NCBI GenBank assembly: GCA_024408295.1
Contig: JAKSVE010000003.1
Coordinates: 2,043-66,042, forward strand
Direction: 5' to 3'
DNA: 64,000 nucleotides
From: Bacilli bacterium
Lineage (GTDB): Bacteria > Bacillota_I > Bacilli_A > RFN20 > CAG-826
A program made the position numbers and the translations under genes. Shown here in pieces: positions 28,099 to 37,172 of this stretch. Below the pieces are notes generated by a model. The model made no database searches, was not told the origin of the DNA, and saw nothing but the letters and a program-made list of their open reading frames with translations. The stretch's first letter is position 1, and every line of letters starts with the position of its first letter.

Positions 28099-29046
28099 AT
28101 GAAAGTCAAAGATTGGTTTGCTGACTGCGCTAGAGGCGCAGCAATGGGATTGGGAATGGTGCCTGGCGTCAGCGCGGGCACAATGGGCATTATCGTCAAC
28201 ATTTACGATAAACTCGTTACCAACATCTCCAATTTAAAGAAGCAGTTTATCAAGTCATTTTTGATACTTCTTCCTATCGGTCTCGGTTTAGTAATCTCAT
28301 CTGTCTTGGTTCTTGCTTTAGTACACAAGACATTTAATTACGCTCCAATACCAATTTTAAGTGCTTTTGCGGGAATTATTATTGGATCCATGCCGGTAAT
28401 AACAAAAGAATTAAAAGGGCAGAAAATCTCAGCAAATACAATACTTTTAATGGCTTTGGGATTTATTGTAGCTTTCGGGATCGGGGTGCTGTCTGTTGTT
28501 TCTAAGATATATTGGAACTTTGATTTGGGAACATATTTCGTCAGCGGTGTCTGGTGGGTCTACATACTCACTTTCTTGGCGGGCTTTGTTGCGGCCGCAG
28601 CTATGATCATCCCTGGCATATCGGGCGCGATGATTTTGTTCATCTTCGGTTTATACAACCCAATCTTGGACATGTTCTCCATGAGCAACCCGAACTCTGT
28701 ATTCAACAATCCATCCAGAATTCCAAGCGTCATAGGACTGACATTGTGTTTGATAGTTGGAATTGTTGCCGGAGGGTTGATTGCTGGCAAGTCAATGAAG
28801 GATCTTTTAGACAAGCATAAAATTGGAACATTTAACGTTGTAGCGGGCTTTGTTGTGGGTTCAATCGGCTCCATGTTCTGCAACCAGGAATTGGTATTTA
28901 TCCCAGAAGGCGGAACGGATTATGTGTGGTATTATTCATTAGATTACACCAAAGCTTGGATGTATATATTGTCAATTGTCTTATTAATTATATTTACATT
29001 GCTATTCTATTTTGTATCTAAAAAGGCACTTAAAAGCAGTAAATAG
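28099..29046 (+). CDS. DUF368-family polytopic membrane protein (family reported as a polyprenyl-phosphate translocase)
   Basis: Duplicated PG(V/I)SG motifs (MVPGVSAGT, IIPGISGAM) and about 8 TM segments. ATG at 28099; the track start is GTG at 28093. Confidence 0.8.
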   Translation: MKVKDWFADCARGAAMGLGMVPGVSAGTMGIIVNIYDKLVTNISNLKKQFIKSFLILLPIGLGLVISSVLVLALVHKTFNYAPIPILSAFAGIIIGSMPVITKELKGQKISANTILLMALGFIVAFGIGVLSVVSKIYWNFDLGTYFVSGVWWVYILTFLAGFVAAAAMIIPGISGAMILFIFGLYNPILDMFSMSNPNSVFNNPSRIPSVIGLTLCLIVGIVAGGLIAGKSMKDLLDKHKIGTFNVVAGFVVGSIGSMFCNQELVFIPEGGTDYVWYYSLDYTKAWMYILSIVLLIIFTLLFYFVSKKALKSSK

Positions 29047-29146
29047 CATTGAATTTAAAAATAATTTGTTAATTTGATAAATAATTATTGAATTTTCTTT
29101 TTCGTCAGCCAAAATCTTTCCATCGCTCGCAAAGGAGAAGATTATT

Positions 29147-29740
29147 ATGCCAAGAACACCAGAACAAAACGCAAACATTAGAGATAAGCGTAAAGCCAAG
29201 ATTCTCAAAAAGGCTTTGAAGCTCTTCGCAATCAATGGTTTCGATAACGTTACCGTTGACGATATTACAGAAGCTGCAAACTGCTCCCACGGCCTTTTCT
29301 ACCACTACTTCAAGACAAGAGAGGAAATCTATAACGAGCTCTTGGAAACAAAAAAGAAGTCATATGCTAAATTCGATATCCCAATGAAAGAAGCAAAAGA
29401 AAAAGGTGGATACGAAGGGTTGAAGTTGATTGCTGGATACATCGAAATGCTTTCAACAGCTCCTCAGGATGTCATCTACTTCACAAGACTTAAGATGCTT
29501 TCTTCATTCGCAACCAAGACAGCAGAGAACAACTTGATCTCAACTGATTATCTTTCAATGATTAGGGAACTCATCGAGAAAGGCCAAGAAGAAGGAAAGA
29601 TCATTGGTGGAGATGCGAACCAATTAGCGTTATGCCTAGTGGATTTCTGTAACGGATGTAGCTATAGAAGATTATTTGCTGAACCAAACGATTTCGATAA
29701 AATCCCTGCAGAAACCATATTATCATTGCTTACTAAATAA
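29147..29740 (+). CDS. TetR/AcrR family transcriptional regulator
   Basis: 197 aa. N-terminal HTH ILKKALKLFAINGFDNVTVDDITEAANCSHGLFYHYF. AAAGGAG lies upstream. Confidence 0.85.
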   Translation: MPRTPEQNANIRDKRKAKILKKALKLFAINGFDNVTVDDITEAANCSHGLFYHYFKTREEIYNELLETKKKSYAKFDIPMKEAKEKGGYEGLKLIAGYIEMLSTAPQDVIYFTRLKMLSSFATKTAENNLISTDYLSMIRELIEKGQEEGKIIGGDANQLALCLVDFCNGCSYRRLFAEPNDFDKIPAETILSLLTK

Positions 29741-29745
29741 GGAAT

Positions 29746-29770
29746 GCCGCTTCAAAAGCGGTTTTCTTTT
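29746..29770 (+). terminator. Intrinsic terminator of the TetR gene
   Basis: CCGCTT (29747-29752) / AAGCGG (29756-29761) hairpin followed by TTTTCTTTT. Confidence 0.6.
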
Positions 29771-29775
29771 GTTAG

Positions 29776-29807
29776 AAAAAGAGGTGTTGCCACCTCTTCT
29801 TTTTTTT
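29776..29807. terminator. Bidirectional terminator between convergent genes
   Basis: AGAGGTG (29780-29786) / CACCTCT (29791-29797) stem flanked by an A-run and a T-run. Confidence 0.7.
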
Positions 29808-29813
29808 GTGTGA

Positions 29814-31433
29814 TTACTTGGAAGTGTTGAAGACGCAAATTGAACCGATGTTCATTGTGTTTGATGTACCAGCGATCGTAATCTTATGATTTCCTGCTGG
29901 AACGTCAACTTCACCAAGGACGACTGGATAATAGTTGATTCTGTTGTTAACGTTACCCATGCCCGCTTTTGCGTATGTAACATCTCTGATCGTGACTGCT
30001 TTTCCATCAAGTGAGCAGCTGATTGCAGAACCAATCTTTTTTGTAGATGAGTTTTCAGTATTTCCTAAGTATGCGACAACCTGTCCTTTGTAAGCTTCTG
30101 AAGTTGAGAATGAATAGCTAACTGTTTTTGATGAGCTGTTAAGGAGGACGTTTGCAGGTGTTCTATTGTTAAGGTTCTCCGCTGTGAGTGTGGCTCCACC
30201 ACCCAACTCAAACTTATCTGCTGTAGCTACAATCTGACCAGCCTTATTTCCTGATGCTAATTCACCTTCGGTGAGAATGCTGATGACTGAGTCAAGGTTT
30301 GCTGCCGGAACTCCAATTGAGAGGAGGGTGTTGTAAACCTTGTTCTTGAATGACTTACCGGCAACCATCTGGATGTCGTTTACATAATTCTCGATGTTAT
30401 CCTGGCCTGCTGCTTCACCGATTTTTCTCTTATCTTCGATATTTCCGAAGTTGGAGAAAAGGTAATCCTGGTAAATGTCGTTTAAATCAACGCCTAACAA
30501 ACCAGATGTGAGGATTGCGCATAATCCAGTTCTATCTGTGCCAATTCTGCAGTGGAATGCTGCTGGGTAGACCGATTCGTCAGAAATGCATTTGAAGAAT
30601 GCTTTAACCGATTCAGCATTTCTTGAGAAATGAGAAGCCGCACTGCCTCCATAATCCATATAGAAATTCTTCTGAGTTGTTCCTTGGAGATTGATATTGT
30701 ACTGAGTGTTGCTGTTAACGTTGATTTCAGTCTTCAAGCCGATATGTTCAAGCAGTTCCTTCTTACCATTTGCATTGATAATGCCCCTGCCCTCACTGTT
30801 CTGAGATTTTGTTTGGAAATTATTACCGCTAGTACGATATAAGAGGCCTTGCTTAACTGTTCCGCCGTCTTCTGTTGTTCTTCCGCCCATATCACGGCAG
30901 TTTGTTAAACCTTCAATCTTGAGGTTTCTTGGATAGACAGAATCTACGTCAAATTCCATTATTTCGGAGTCTTCAACCGATCCATCATCATAGTAAGCGT
31001 GAAGCTGGAAGTAATTCTTTCCAAGGTAAGGGTTGATGAGTGATACGCTCTTTGTTTTTGAGCCAATCAATTCATAACCATCGCTTAAATCAGCTTCCTT
31101 ACCATAGGTAACGGTATAGTTTTCGAAACCTTCATCCGGTTCGTGTTCGAAATCAATCTTTACAGGGAGAGAGTCTGAGTTGAACTCATTTCCGTCTGGA
31201 TACTGATCAAGCGGCATCTTTGAGTAATCACCACCCCACTCAAGATATTTCTTCTGATCTGCTGTGTGAATTTCAAACATTTCGTTTATATCAGTTGTGA
31301 CATTAAAACCAGAGATAGGTTCTGGTGGCAATTCAGACTCGACGGATGATTGCTGATTAGCAGGTGTCTTTCCGCATGACGCCATGATAAAGGTCGCCAA
31401 GAAGGAAAGAGCTAATATATTGTGTTTTTTCAT
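29814..31433 (-). CDS. Surface lipoprotein with tyrosine-phosphatase-like (Y_phosphatase3, PF13350-type) domain and C-terminal beta-sandwich (CBM-like) region
   Basis: 539 aa. MKKHNILALSFLATFIMASC-G carries a lipobox. NCRDMGG is present, as is the CX5R P-loop HCRIGTDRTG. Confidence 0.7.
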   Translation of the reverse strand: MKKHNILALSFLATFIMASCGKTPANQQSSVESELPPEPISGFNVTTDINEMFEIHTADQKKYLEWGGDYSKMPLDQYPDGNEFNSDSLPVKIDFEHEPDEGFENYTVTYGKEADLSDGYELIGSKTKSVSLINPYLGKNYFQLHAYYDDGSVEDSEIMEFDVDSVYPRNLKIEGLTNCRDMGGRTTEDGGTVKQGLLYRTSGNNFQTKSQNSEGRGIINANGKKELLEHIGLKTEINVNSNTQYNINLQGTTQKNFYMDYGGSAASHFSRNAESVKAFFKCISDESVYPAAFHCRIGTDRTGLCAILTSGLLGVDLNDIYQDYLFSNFGNIEDKRKIGEAAGQDNIENYVNDIQMVAGKSFKNKVYNTLLSIGVPAANLDSVISILTEGELASGNKAGQIVATADKFELGGGATLTAENLNNRTPANVLLNSSSKTVSYSFSTSEAYKGQVVAYLGNTENSSTKKIGSAISCSLDGKAVTIRDVTYAKAGMGNVNNRINYYPVVLGEVDVPAGNHKITIAGTSNTMNIGSICVFNTSK

Positions 31434-31537
31434 ATGATAGCCTCCATAATTGCCATTGATTTTACTTTAATCAGAAAGTAAATAAAGTATCATTTACGCT
31501 AATAGAAATAGGACAATCTTTAGATTTTGCAGGGAAA

Positions 31538-32323
31538 TCAATCATTTAATAACGCATCGTATGCGGCAATGTCGGATTCTTTTTCCATGCAGAAAACGAC
31601 CACTGGAGCCTCAGGATGCTCTGAGATGAAGTCTTCCACGGTTGATATAGCGATTTGGGCTGCAACGGAGGAAATGAAGCCATTTTCACCAACAGAGATT
31701 GCAGGGAACGCAACAGTTTTAACCTTATTTGTAATGCATCTCTTTAATGCTGACACATAACAATTGGCTAAATCATTTTTATCCTTGGTGGACGGTCTGT
31801 TTCTAAATGTTGGACCAACGGTGTGAATAACGTATTTAGCTAGGAGGTTATAGCCTCTTGTAATATGAGTACGTCCAGGAACCTCTTCATGCCCTATTGC
31901 CTTAATTATTTGATCGCAGTCTTCACGAAGTCTTGGTCCCGCTAAAGAATGAATTCTGTTGTCGATGCAGTTGTGTCCGGGGACAAAGCAACCCAACATA
32001 GCTGGGGTGGCCGGGTTTACAATGGCGTCAACAGCAAGCCTGGTGATGTCGCCAGCATAAAAACCTATCTTTGAGAAATTGGTTGCAGGTAATTTACTTA
32101 TACCAACAACATTGATTTCTTCCCTTTCCGTACGAAGAAGAATATCAAGTTTTTCACTTATATCGACAGGCAATGGAGATGGTCGGCGAACATTAAGTAA
32201 ACCTCGCAGTGTCTTTCTTTGATATGGATAAGAATAATTACCAGCATTAAAGAGATCCATAAAATCAGGCATCTCCTTAAGGAAATAGGAAACTAGATAT
32301 GTAACTGTATCTTGCTTATCCAT
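31538..32323 (-). CDS. Macrodomain protein-ADP-ribose hydrolase (Zn-binding Firmicute type)
   Basis: 261 aa. Motifs GDITRLAVDAIVNPA, LGCFVPGHNCIDNRIH, ITRGYNLLAKYVIHTVGP and AFPAISVGENGF match the S. aureus/S. pyogenes macrodomain class. ATG lies 3 nt after the upstream stop. Confidence 0.85.
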   Translation of the reverse strand: MDKQDTVTYLVSYFLKEMPDFMDLFNAGNYSYPYQRKTLRGLLNVRRPSPLPVDISEKLDILLRTEREEINVVGISKLPATNFSKIGFYAGDITRLAVDAIVNPATPAMLGCFVPGHNCIDNRIHSLAGPRLREDCDQIIKAIGHEEVPGRTHITRGYNLLAKYVIHTVGPTFRNRPSTKDKNDLANCYVSALKRCITNKVKTVAFPAISVGENGFISSVAAQIAISTVEDFISEHPEAPVVVFCMEKESDIAAYDALLND

Positions 32324-32326
32324 AAA

Positions 32327-32623
32327 TTATAACTTATCAATAGCGTCTTTTAATGAATCAAAGTCTTCGAAGTCTAGATCAAAATCATCAATTCCATTCT
32401 CAAAAACGGTATTTGAAGGTGTTATTGGTTGCTGTTGTTTAACAGGTTTTTTCTTGGTAGCGGTTATAGGGAAAGGAATGCTATTTGTACGCACTACAGC
32501 CTTCAAAAACAAAGTAACTGCAGTAGTCATAGAAATACCTAATTCAGACAACGTTTCTTCAGCATTGTTTTTTAAATCGTCATCAATACGTAAATTTATA
32601 GTTGTCTTCGAATGTTTTTTCAT
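32327..32623 (-). CDS. RelB/DinJ-family antitoxin-like ribbon-helix-helix protein
   Basis: 98 aa. TINLRIDDDLKNNAEETLSELGISMTTAVTLFLKAVVRTNSIPF closely parallels the E. coli DinJ N-terminus. Acidic C-terminal tail. Confidence 0.85.
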   Translation of the reverse strand: MKKHSKTTINLRIDDDLKNNAEETLSELGISMTTAVTLFLKAVVRTNSIPFPITATKKKPVKQQQPITPSNTVFENGIDDFDLDFEDFDSLKDAIDKL

Positions 32624-32629
32624 ATTTCT

Positions 32630-32673
32630 ATAATAATAGTTTGTAATGTTGATGTAAAGCGTTTTGCATTACA
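32630..32673 (-). promoter_or_regulatory. Predicted promoter/operator of the DinJ-macrodomain pair (apparently leaderless)
   Basis: On the minus strand: TTTACA (32653-32658), 17-nt spacer, TATTAT (32630-32635), with the ATG only 7 nt downstream and no SD. Inverted repeat TGTAATG (32642-32648) / CATTACA (32667-32673) brackets the -35. Confidence 0.45.
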
Positions 32674-32855
32674 TATATTATGGAATTTTAAGAAATTATA
32701 ACGTGTATGATAATTTTTTTAATATTACTTAGTTTTCTTTAGTATTTATCAGTCTTTTTTCTTACCTAGTTTCTAGATAACAAAATTTTAGGAGATAAAT
32801 CAAATTCAAATTATCAAATAAATTTAAAATAAATGTTTCACGGTCTAAAAATAGC

Positions 32856-32880
32856 AAAAAGAAAGGCCCTGTCTAGGGCC
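32856..32880 (-). terminator. Intrinsic terminator of the mnmE...ispE operon
   Basis: GGCCCT (32865-32870) / AGGGCC (32875-32880) hairpin followed on the minus strand by UUUCUUUUU. Confidence 0.7.
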
Positions 32881-32897
32881 AAAATTGAAAAGTGATT

Positions 32898-33752
32898 TTA
32901 GAGAACTTCGCAGATGTATGTCGATAATTCTGGATTAAGCTTGTTGGTAATCTGAATTAAAGGTTCTTTATCTTTAGATAAACCGAACACAACAGACCCT
33001 GAACCAGTCATGTTTGATAAATATATTCCATTAGTGCGTAATAATGTAACTAATTCGTTGATTTCTGGACGCAACGAACATGCAGCAGCTTGCAAATCAT
33101 TACCAATATTTTCCGCCAACATAGTATCATCGCCGTTTTCTAAGGCTCGAACCGCTTTATCCATGTCTATGTTTAGCCTACCAAAACTATCACAAATGGA
33201 ATAAATGGCTTTCGTAGACAGACCAAATGACGGTTTGATAAGTAAACAGTAATATTTGTTTTTTGCCTTCAGAGGGCTTATTACCTCGCCTTTACCAGTA
33301 AGTTTAGCTACCACTGGGTTGAAAAAATACGGAACGTCAGAGCCCAACTGTAAACCAATATTAGATAATTCTTCGTCATCAACGTCTAAGTCAAGAAGTT
33401 CTCTGCAAGCAACAAGAGTTGTGGCGGCATTTGATGAACCTCCGCCCAAACCAGCTTCCGATGGTATGTTCTTTGTGATTGTGACCGTAATGTTAGCATC
33501 GAACCCACATCTCGACCTCAGGAGTTCTATTGCCTTGTAACATATATTTTTCTCCATGGGTAGATCAGCAAGGGCGTCGCACACAACCGTTGTTTGTGAT
33601 TCATTTCCGTCTATAAAAATCGAAATGTCATCACACAAAGACAATGGGAAATTAATCATCTCTAGAGAATGAAAACCACCAGGAAGAATTCCAGTAACCT
33701 TCAAAAGGATGTTTATTTTTGCCGGTGACTTATACACTTTGGAAATAGGCAT
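32898..33752 (-). CDS. ispE: 4-diphosphocytidyl-2-C-methyl-D-erythritol kinase
   Basis: 284 aa. PAKINILLKV and the GHMP kinase motif PSEAGLGGGSSNAA. ksgA-ispE synteny is conserved. Confidence 0.9.
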   Translation of the reverse strand: MPISKVYKSPAKINILLKVTGILPGGFHSLEMINFPLSLCDDISIFIDGNESQTTVVCDALADLPMEKNICYKAIELLRSRCGFDANITVTITKNIPSEAGLGGGSSNAATTLVACRELLDLDVDDEELSNIGLQLGSDVPYFFNPVVAKLTGKGEVISPLKAKNKYYCLLIKPSFGLSTKAIYSICDSFGRLNIDMDKAVRALENGDDTMLAENIGNDLQAAACSLRPEINELVTLLRTNGIYLSNMTGSGSVVFGLSKDKEPLIQITNKLNPELSTYICEVL

Positions 33753-33753
33753 G

Positions 33754-34551
33754 TTATTTTATGGCCTCCAATATAGATAAGTAACCGTTGAGATCAATGT
33801 TTTGTGGTCTTGTTTTAGGGTCAATATGGCACAACGACAAAACTTCGTTGGCTTTATCAGCATTATTCAAATAGCGGCCTAAATTATTGTAGATGGTCTT
33901 TCTTCTGTTTAAGAACAATCCGGATACCAATTTATAAAGTCTCTGAGCTGTGTCGATGTCATCGTTAATTACATTGAGCGAGAAAACTGTTGAATCAACA
34001 TGCGGAGCTGGAGAGAAAGAAGTTCGAGGAACATTAAATTCCCTCTTAATTTGGCACCTATAAGCCATTAGTACATGCAATGGGCCATAATCTTCAGTGT
34101 TAATTTTGGCAATTAATCTAATAAAAGCTTCTTTTTGAATCATAAAAACGGCTTTTTGCAAAGATTTTGCGTTCAAAAGAACTTTTTCTAAAATACCAGT
34201 GGTAATGTAATACGGCAGGTTGCCAATAATCTTATTATATGTTTCTAAAGGCCATTTTAAGGCATTTCCGATCTTTGGGTGGACATTCCCATCGGCAAAG
34301 TCACCCTGAAGCTTTAGAACAAGGCTTTCATCGATGTCAATGAGATCTGCGCCGGTATTATTTTCATTCAAGAAGAAGGATAAGGAGCCGGCACCTGAGC
34401 CAATTTCAAGAATCTTGTCACCAACATTGTAATCAATACATGAAACAATCTTTTCACAGGCATTAGAGTCTATTAAAAAATTCTGTCCAACTTCATGTTT
34501 GGCGAGCAATTTATATTCAGCGACTTTAGCGAAATACTCTTCTCTATTCAT
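33754..34551 (-). CDS. rsmA: 16S rRNA (adenine1518/1519-N6)-dimethyltransferase
   Basis: 265 aa. HEVGQNFL and the SAM motif ILEIGSGAGSLS, plus GNLPYYITT. Confidence 0.93.
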   Translation of the reverse strand: MNREEYFAKVAEYKLLAKHEVGQNFLIDSNACEKIVSCIDYNVGDKILEIGSGAGSLSFFLNENNTGADLIDIDESLVLKLQGDFADGNVHPKIGNALKWPLETYNKIIGNLPYYITTGILEKVLLNAKSLQKAVFMIQKEAFIRLIAKINTEDYGPLHVLMAYRCQIKREFNVPRTSFSPAPHVDSTVFSLNVINDDIDTAQRLYKLVSGLFLNRRKTIYNNLGRYLNNADKANEVLSLCHIDPKTRPQNIDLNGYLSILEAIK

Positions 34552-35077
34552 TGATTGCCTCCTCTAATTGTTTTCTTGTTATGCCGAGTGAGCAGCATCT
34601 TTTATAAAATGTCTTACCGTTTGTGTGGCCTAAATATAGTTTAGACTCTACCTTTTCTCTAAGAAAGGAACTATTGTTGGAACCAATCAAACCCAAATCA
34701 AACAAATCGTTATGAGTAATTGATGGAGTGTTAGTGGTGGATGCTGGGATTAGATGTTCTAATGCCTTTAGGATTGCTTCTTTATTCGATTCAGCAACAC
34801 CAACCTTATGTTTCTTAATGCAATCTTTTTTATCCATGTAAGCGTGCTTAAGACCAGGTATTCTCTGATCTAAAATATCCCTGATTCTCTTGCCTGGACT
34901 ATCTGGATCGGTCAGAACAACAACAGGCTTAATCTTTGATAAAGCTAATATGTGTAATATTGTGTCTTCGGATACCTCGGAACCATTGGTTGTGATGATA
35001 TCGCAATTGAGAAAACTGGATATTAAATCCTTATCCATCTTACCTTCTACAACTAATGCAAAATCTTTATATTCCAT
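34544..35077 (-). CDS. rnmV: Ribonuclease M5 (Toprim domain)
   Basis: The preferred ATG at 35075-35077 gives MEYKDFALVVEGKMDKDL. LTDPDSPGKRIR is the Toprim motif. Overlaps the tatD end by 11 nt. Confidence 0.85.
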   Translation of the reverse strand: MEYKDFALVVEGKMDKDLISSFLNCDIITTNGSEVSEDTILHILALSKIKPVVVLTDPDSPGKRIRDILDQRIPGLKHAYMDKKDCIKKHKVGVAESNKEAILKALEHLIPASTTNTPSITHNDLFDLGLIGSNNSSFLREKVESKLYLGHTNGKTFYKRCCSLGITRKQLEEAINE

Positions 35078-35831
35078 ATATTTCCTTTGCGTTTCTATCA
35101 ATAATTTCTTCCATTTCATTAATTGAAAAACCGCGTAATTCAGCCATTTTTTCTAAAATTAGTGGAATAAATGATGGTTCGTTTCTTTTTCCTCTATAAG
35201 GTACCGGTGTTAAATATGGGCAATCTGTTTCGGTTAATAATCTATCTATGGCAATTGTTGAAACGCATTTTCTAGGACCTTCAGCATTCTTATATGTGAT
35301 GGGACCATCAAACCCAAAATAGATTCCGAGTTTTGTAAATCTCTCAGCCATTTCAGGAGATCCGCTGTAGCAATGCAAAACACATTTTTTGTTAATTGGG
35401 TGATCAACAAGAATATTGTATGTGTCTTCGGTTGCTTCCCTGGCATGTATCGAGACTGGAAGATTTAGTTTATTTGCCAATTCGATTTGTTTTAAAAACC
35501 ATACTTTTTGTTTTGCTCTATGTTCTTCTTCCTTGAACCAATGATAATCCAATCCAATCTCCCCGATAGCGACCACTTTAGGGTGTTTAGCTAGCTGTTC
35601 GATTTCCTTTAGAGCATCGTCACTTATGTCATCGAGATTCTCTGGGTGAAATCCGACCGCTGCATATACAGAGTCGAATTCATCGGCCAATTGAACAGCT
35701 CTTTTAGAACTGTCTAGATCCCAACCAACGACGAGCATCCTTGTAACTCCACTAGAAAGAGCGCGCTCAACAACCTCTTTGCGCTCAGGGTAGAGTTGTT
35801 CATCATTCAAGTGGCAGTGGGTGTCTATCAT
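35067..35831 (-). CDS. tatD: TatD-family metal-dependent hydrolase/DNase
   Basis: The preferred ATG at 35829-35831 gives MIDTHCHLNDEQ. EIGLDYHW and VSIHAREA are also present. The start lies 1 nt after the mnmE stop. Confidence 0.9.
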   Translation of the reverse strand: MIDTHCHLNDEQLYPERKEVVERALSSGVTRMLVVGWDLDSSKRAVQLADEFDSVYAAVGFHPENLDDISDDALKEIEQLAKHPKVVAIGEIGLDYHWFKEEEHRAKQKVWFLKQIELANKLNLPVSIHAREATEDTYNILVDHPINKKCVLHCYSGSPEMAERFTKLGIYFGFDGPITYKNAEGPRKCVSTIAIDRLLTETDCPYLTPVPYRGKRNEPSFIPLILEKMAELRGFSINEMEEIIDRNAKEIYGI

Positions 35832-35832
35832 C

Positions 35833-37170
35833 TTATTTACCAACGCAGAATCTTGAGAAAATCTCATCTGTAAGATCTAAGGATTTATTCTCCCCAAGCA
35901 ACTCTTCACAACATCTATAAGCTGAGAGCAAGCTTGCGGATACAAGGTCGATAGGTGCTCCGTATAAAGAATCTCTTTTTGCATCCGAAAGCAATCCATC
36001 AATTTTCTTTAAAAGAGTTATTTGTCTTTCGTTAGAAAGTGAAGGGGTGGTGAAATTCTTCTCCTCTAAGGAGAGCATTTCCTTCATTTTCTCAATTAAG
36101 GATGAGATATCTTTGTTTTTTGCAGAAATCTTAACAAAATCAGAAGAATTCTCTGCAATATCTGACTTATTCATAACAATTATTGTTTTTTCTTTATCTG
36201 CCAAATCAATAATTTCCTGATCTTCTTTTGTGATTCCTTTAGAACCATCAATAACCACTATAACAATATCAGCTTTATCGATTGCTTCTTTAGATTTCTT
36301 GATACCAATCTCTTCGATTGTTTCTCCAGATTCTCTGATGCCTGCTGTATCTAATAAATGGTATACAACTCCACCAATTGAGACGTCTCCTTCAACAATA
36401 TCTCTAGTTGTTCCCGGGATGTCTGTAACAATAGCCTTATCTTCATCAAGTAAGGCGTTTAACAATGATGATTTACCAGCATTAGGTTTTCCAACAATAG
36501 CAACATTAACGCCTTCTTTAATAACCTTAGCGGCTTTTCCTTGCGTAAGGATGTTGAGAACCTTCTCCTGTATCATTGTTACAGTGGATACGATTTTATC
36601 CTCATTAGCCTCTTCTAGGTCGGTATATTCAGGATAATCGATATTAACCTCTATAAGTGAAAGAAGGTCTGCAATCTCTTTCTTTAATGGCTTAATAAGG
36701 TTGCTACTCTCTCCAGATAAAGCCATTAGGGTGATGTTTTTGGCTTCTTTAGTTGTGGCGTTGATTAAATCATTAACAGCTTCAGCCTTAATAAGGTCTG
36801 TTTTGCCGTTGAAAAACGATCTGGCTGTAAATTCGCCCTTAGTCGCGTAACGCGCGCCTTTAGATATTAATAAGGATATGATTTCGTTGGCGATAAGCAT
36901 CGAACCGTGGCATGTGATTTCCACAACATCCTCGCCGGTTACAGATGAATGTTTTGGATACATGAAAAGCATAACCTCATCGATTGTCTGTCCATTATCG
37001 ATGATTTTCCCATATACCATTTCTTTTTCGCTTATAGGGCCTATTTCCTTGGAGAAAACAGAGTTTATCAACTCAAAGATCCCATCCCCCGAGCATCTAA
37101 TCAAAGAAAGAGCACTCTTAAAAGGAGGGGTAGCCAATGCGACGATTATATCTCTATTGGTAACGTTCAT
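35833..37170 (-). CDS. mnmE: tRNA uridine-5-carboxymethylaminomethyl modification GTPase
   Basis: 445 aa. G-domain motifs GKPNAGKSS and DTAGIRE, and the C-terminal CVGK motif. Confidence 0.95.
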   Translation of the reverse strand: MNVTNRDIIVALATPPFKSALSLIRCSGDGIFELINSVFSKEIGPISEKEMVYGKIIDNGQTIDEVMLFMYPKHSSVTGEDVVEITCHGSMLIANEIISLLISKGARYATKGEFTARSFFNGKTDLIKAEAVNDLINATTKEAKNITLMALSGESSNLIKPLKKEIADLLSLIEVNIDYPEYTDLEEANEDKIVSTVTMIQEKVLNILTQGKAAKVIKEGVNVAIVGKPNAGKSSLLNALLDEDKAIVTDIPGTTRDIVEGDVSIGGVVYHLLDTAGIRESGETIEEIGIKKSKEAIDKADIVIVVIDGSKGITKEDQEIIDLADKEKTIIVMNKSDIAENSSDFVKISAKNKDISSLIEKMKEMLSLEEKNFTTPSLSNERQITLLKKIDGLLSDAKRDSLYGAPIDLVSASLLSAYRCCEELLGENKSLDLTDEIFSRFCVGK

Positions 37171-37172
37171 GA

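Noticed and set aside
28035-28202. Long N-terminal extension of the flavodoxin-like ORF (track start 28202)
   Set aside because: The extension is hydrophobic and low-complexity, and it overlaps the divergent DUF368 gene. The canonical flavodoxin N-terminus MKTIVLYESSSGTT begins at the ATG at 28034.
28554-28883. Track ORFs 28554-28820 (+) and 28560-28883 (-) inside the DUF368 gene
   Set aside because: These are alternative-frame or antisense shadows inside a well-supported membrane-protein CDS.
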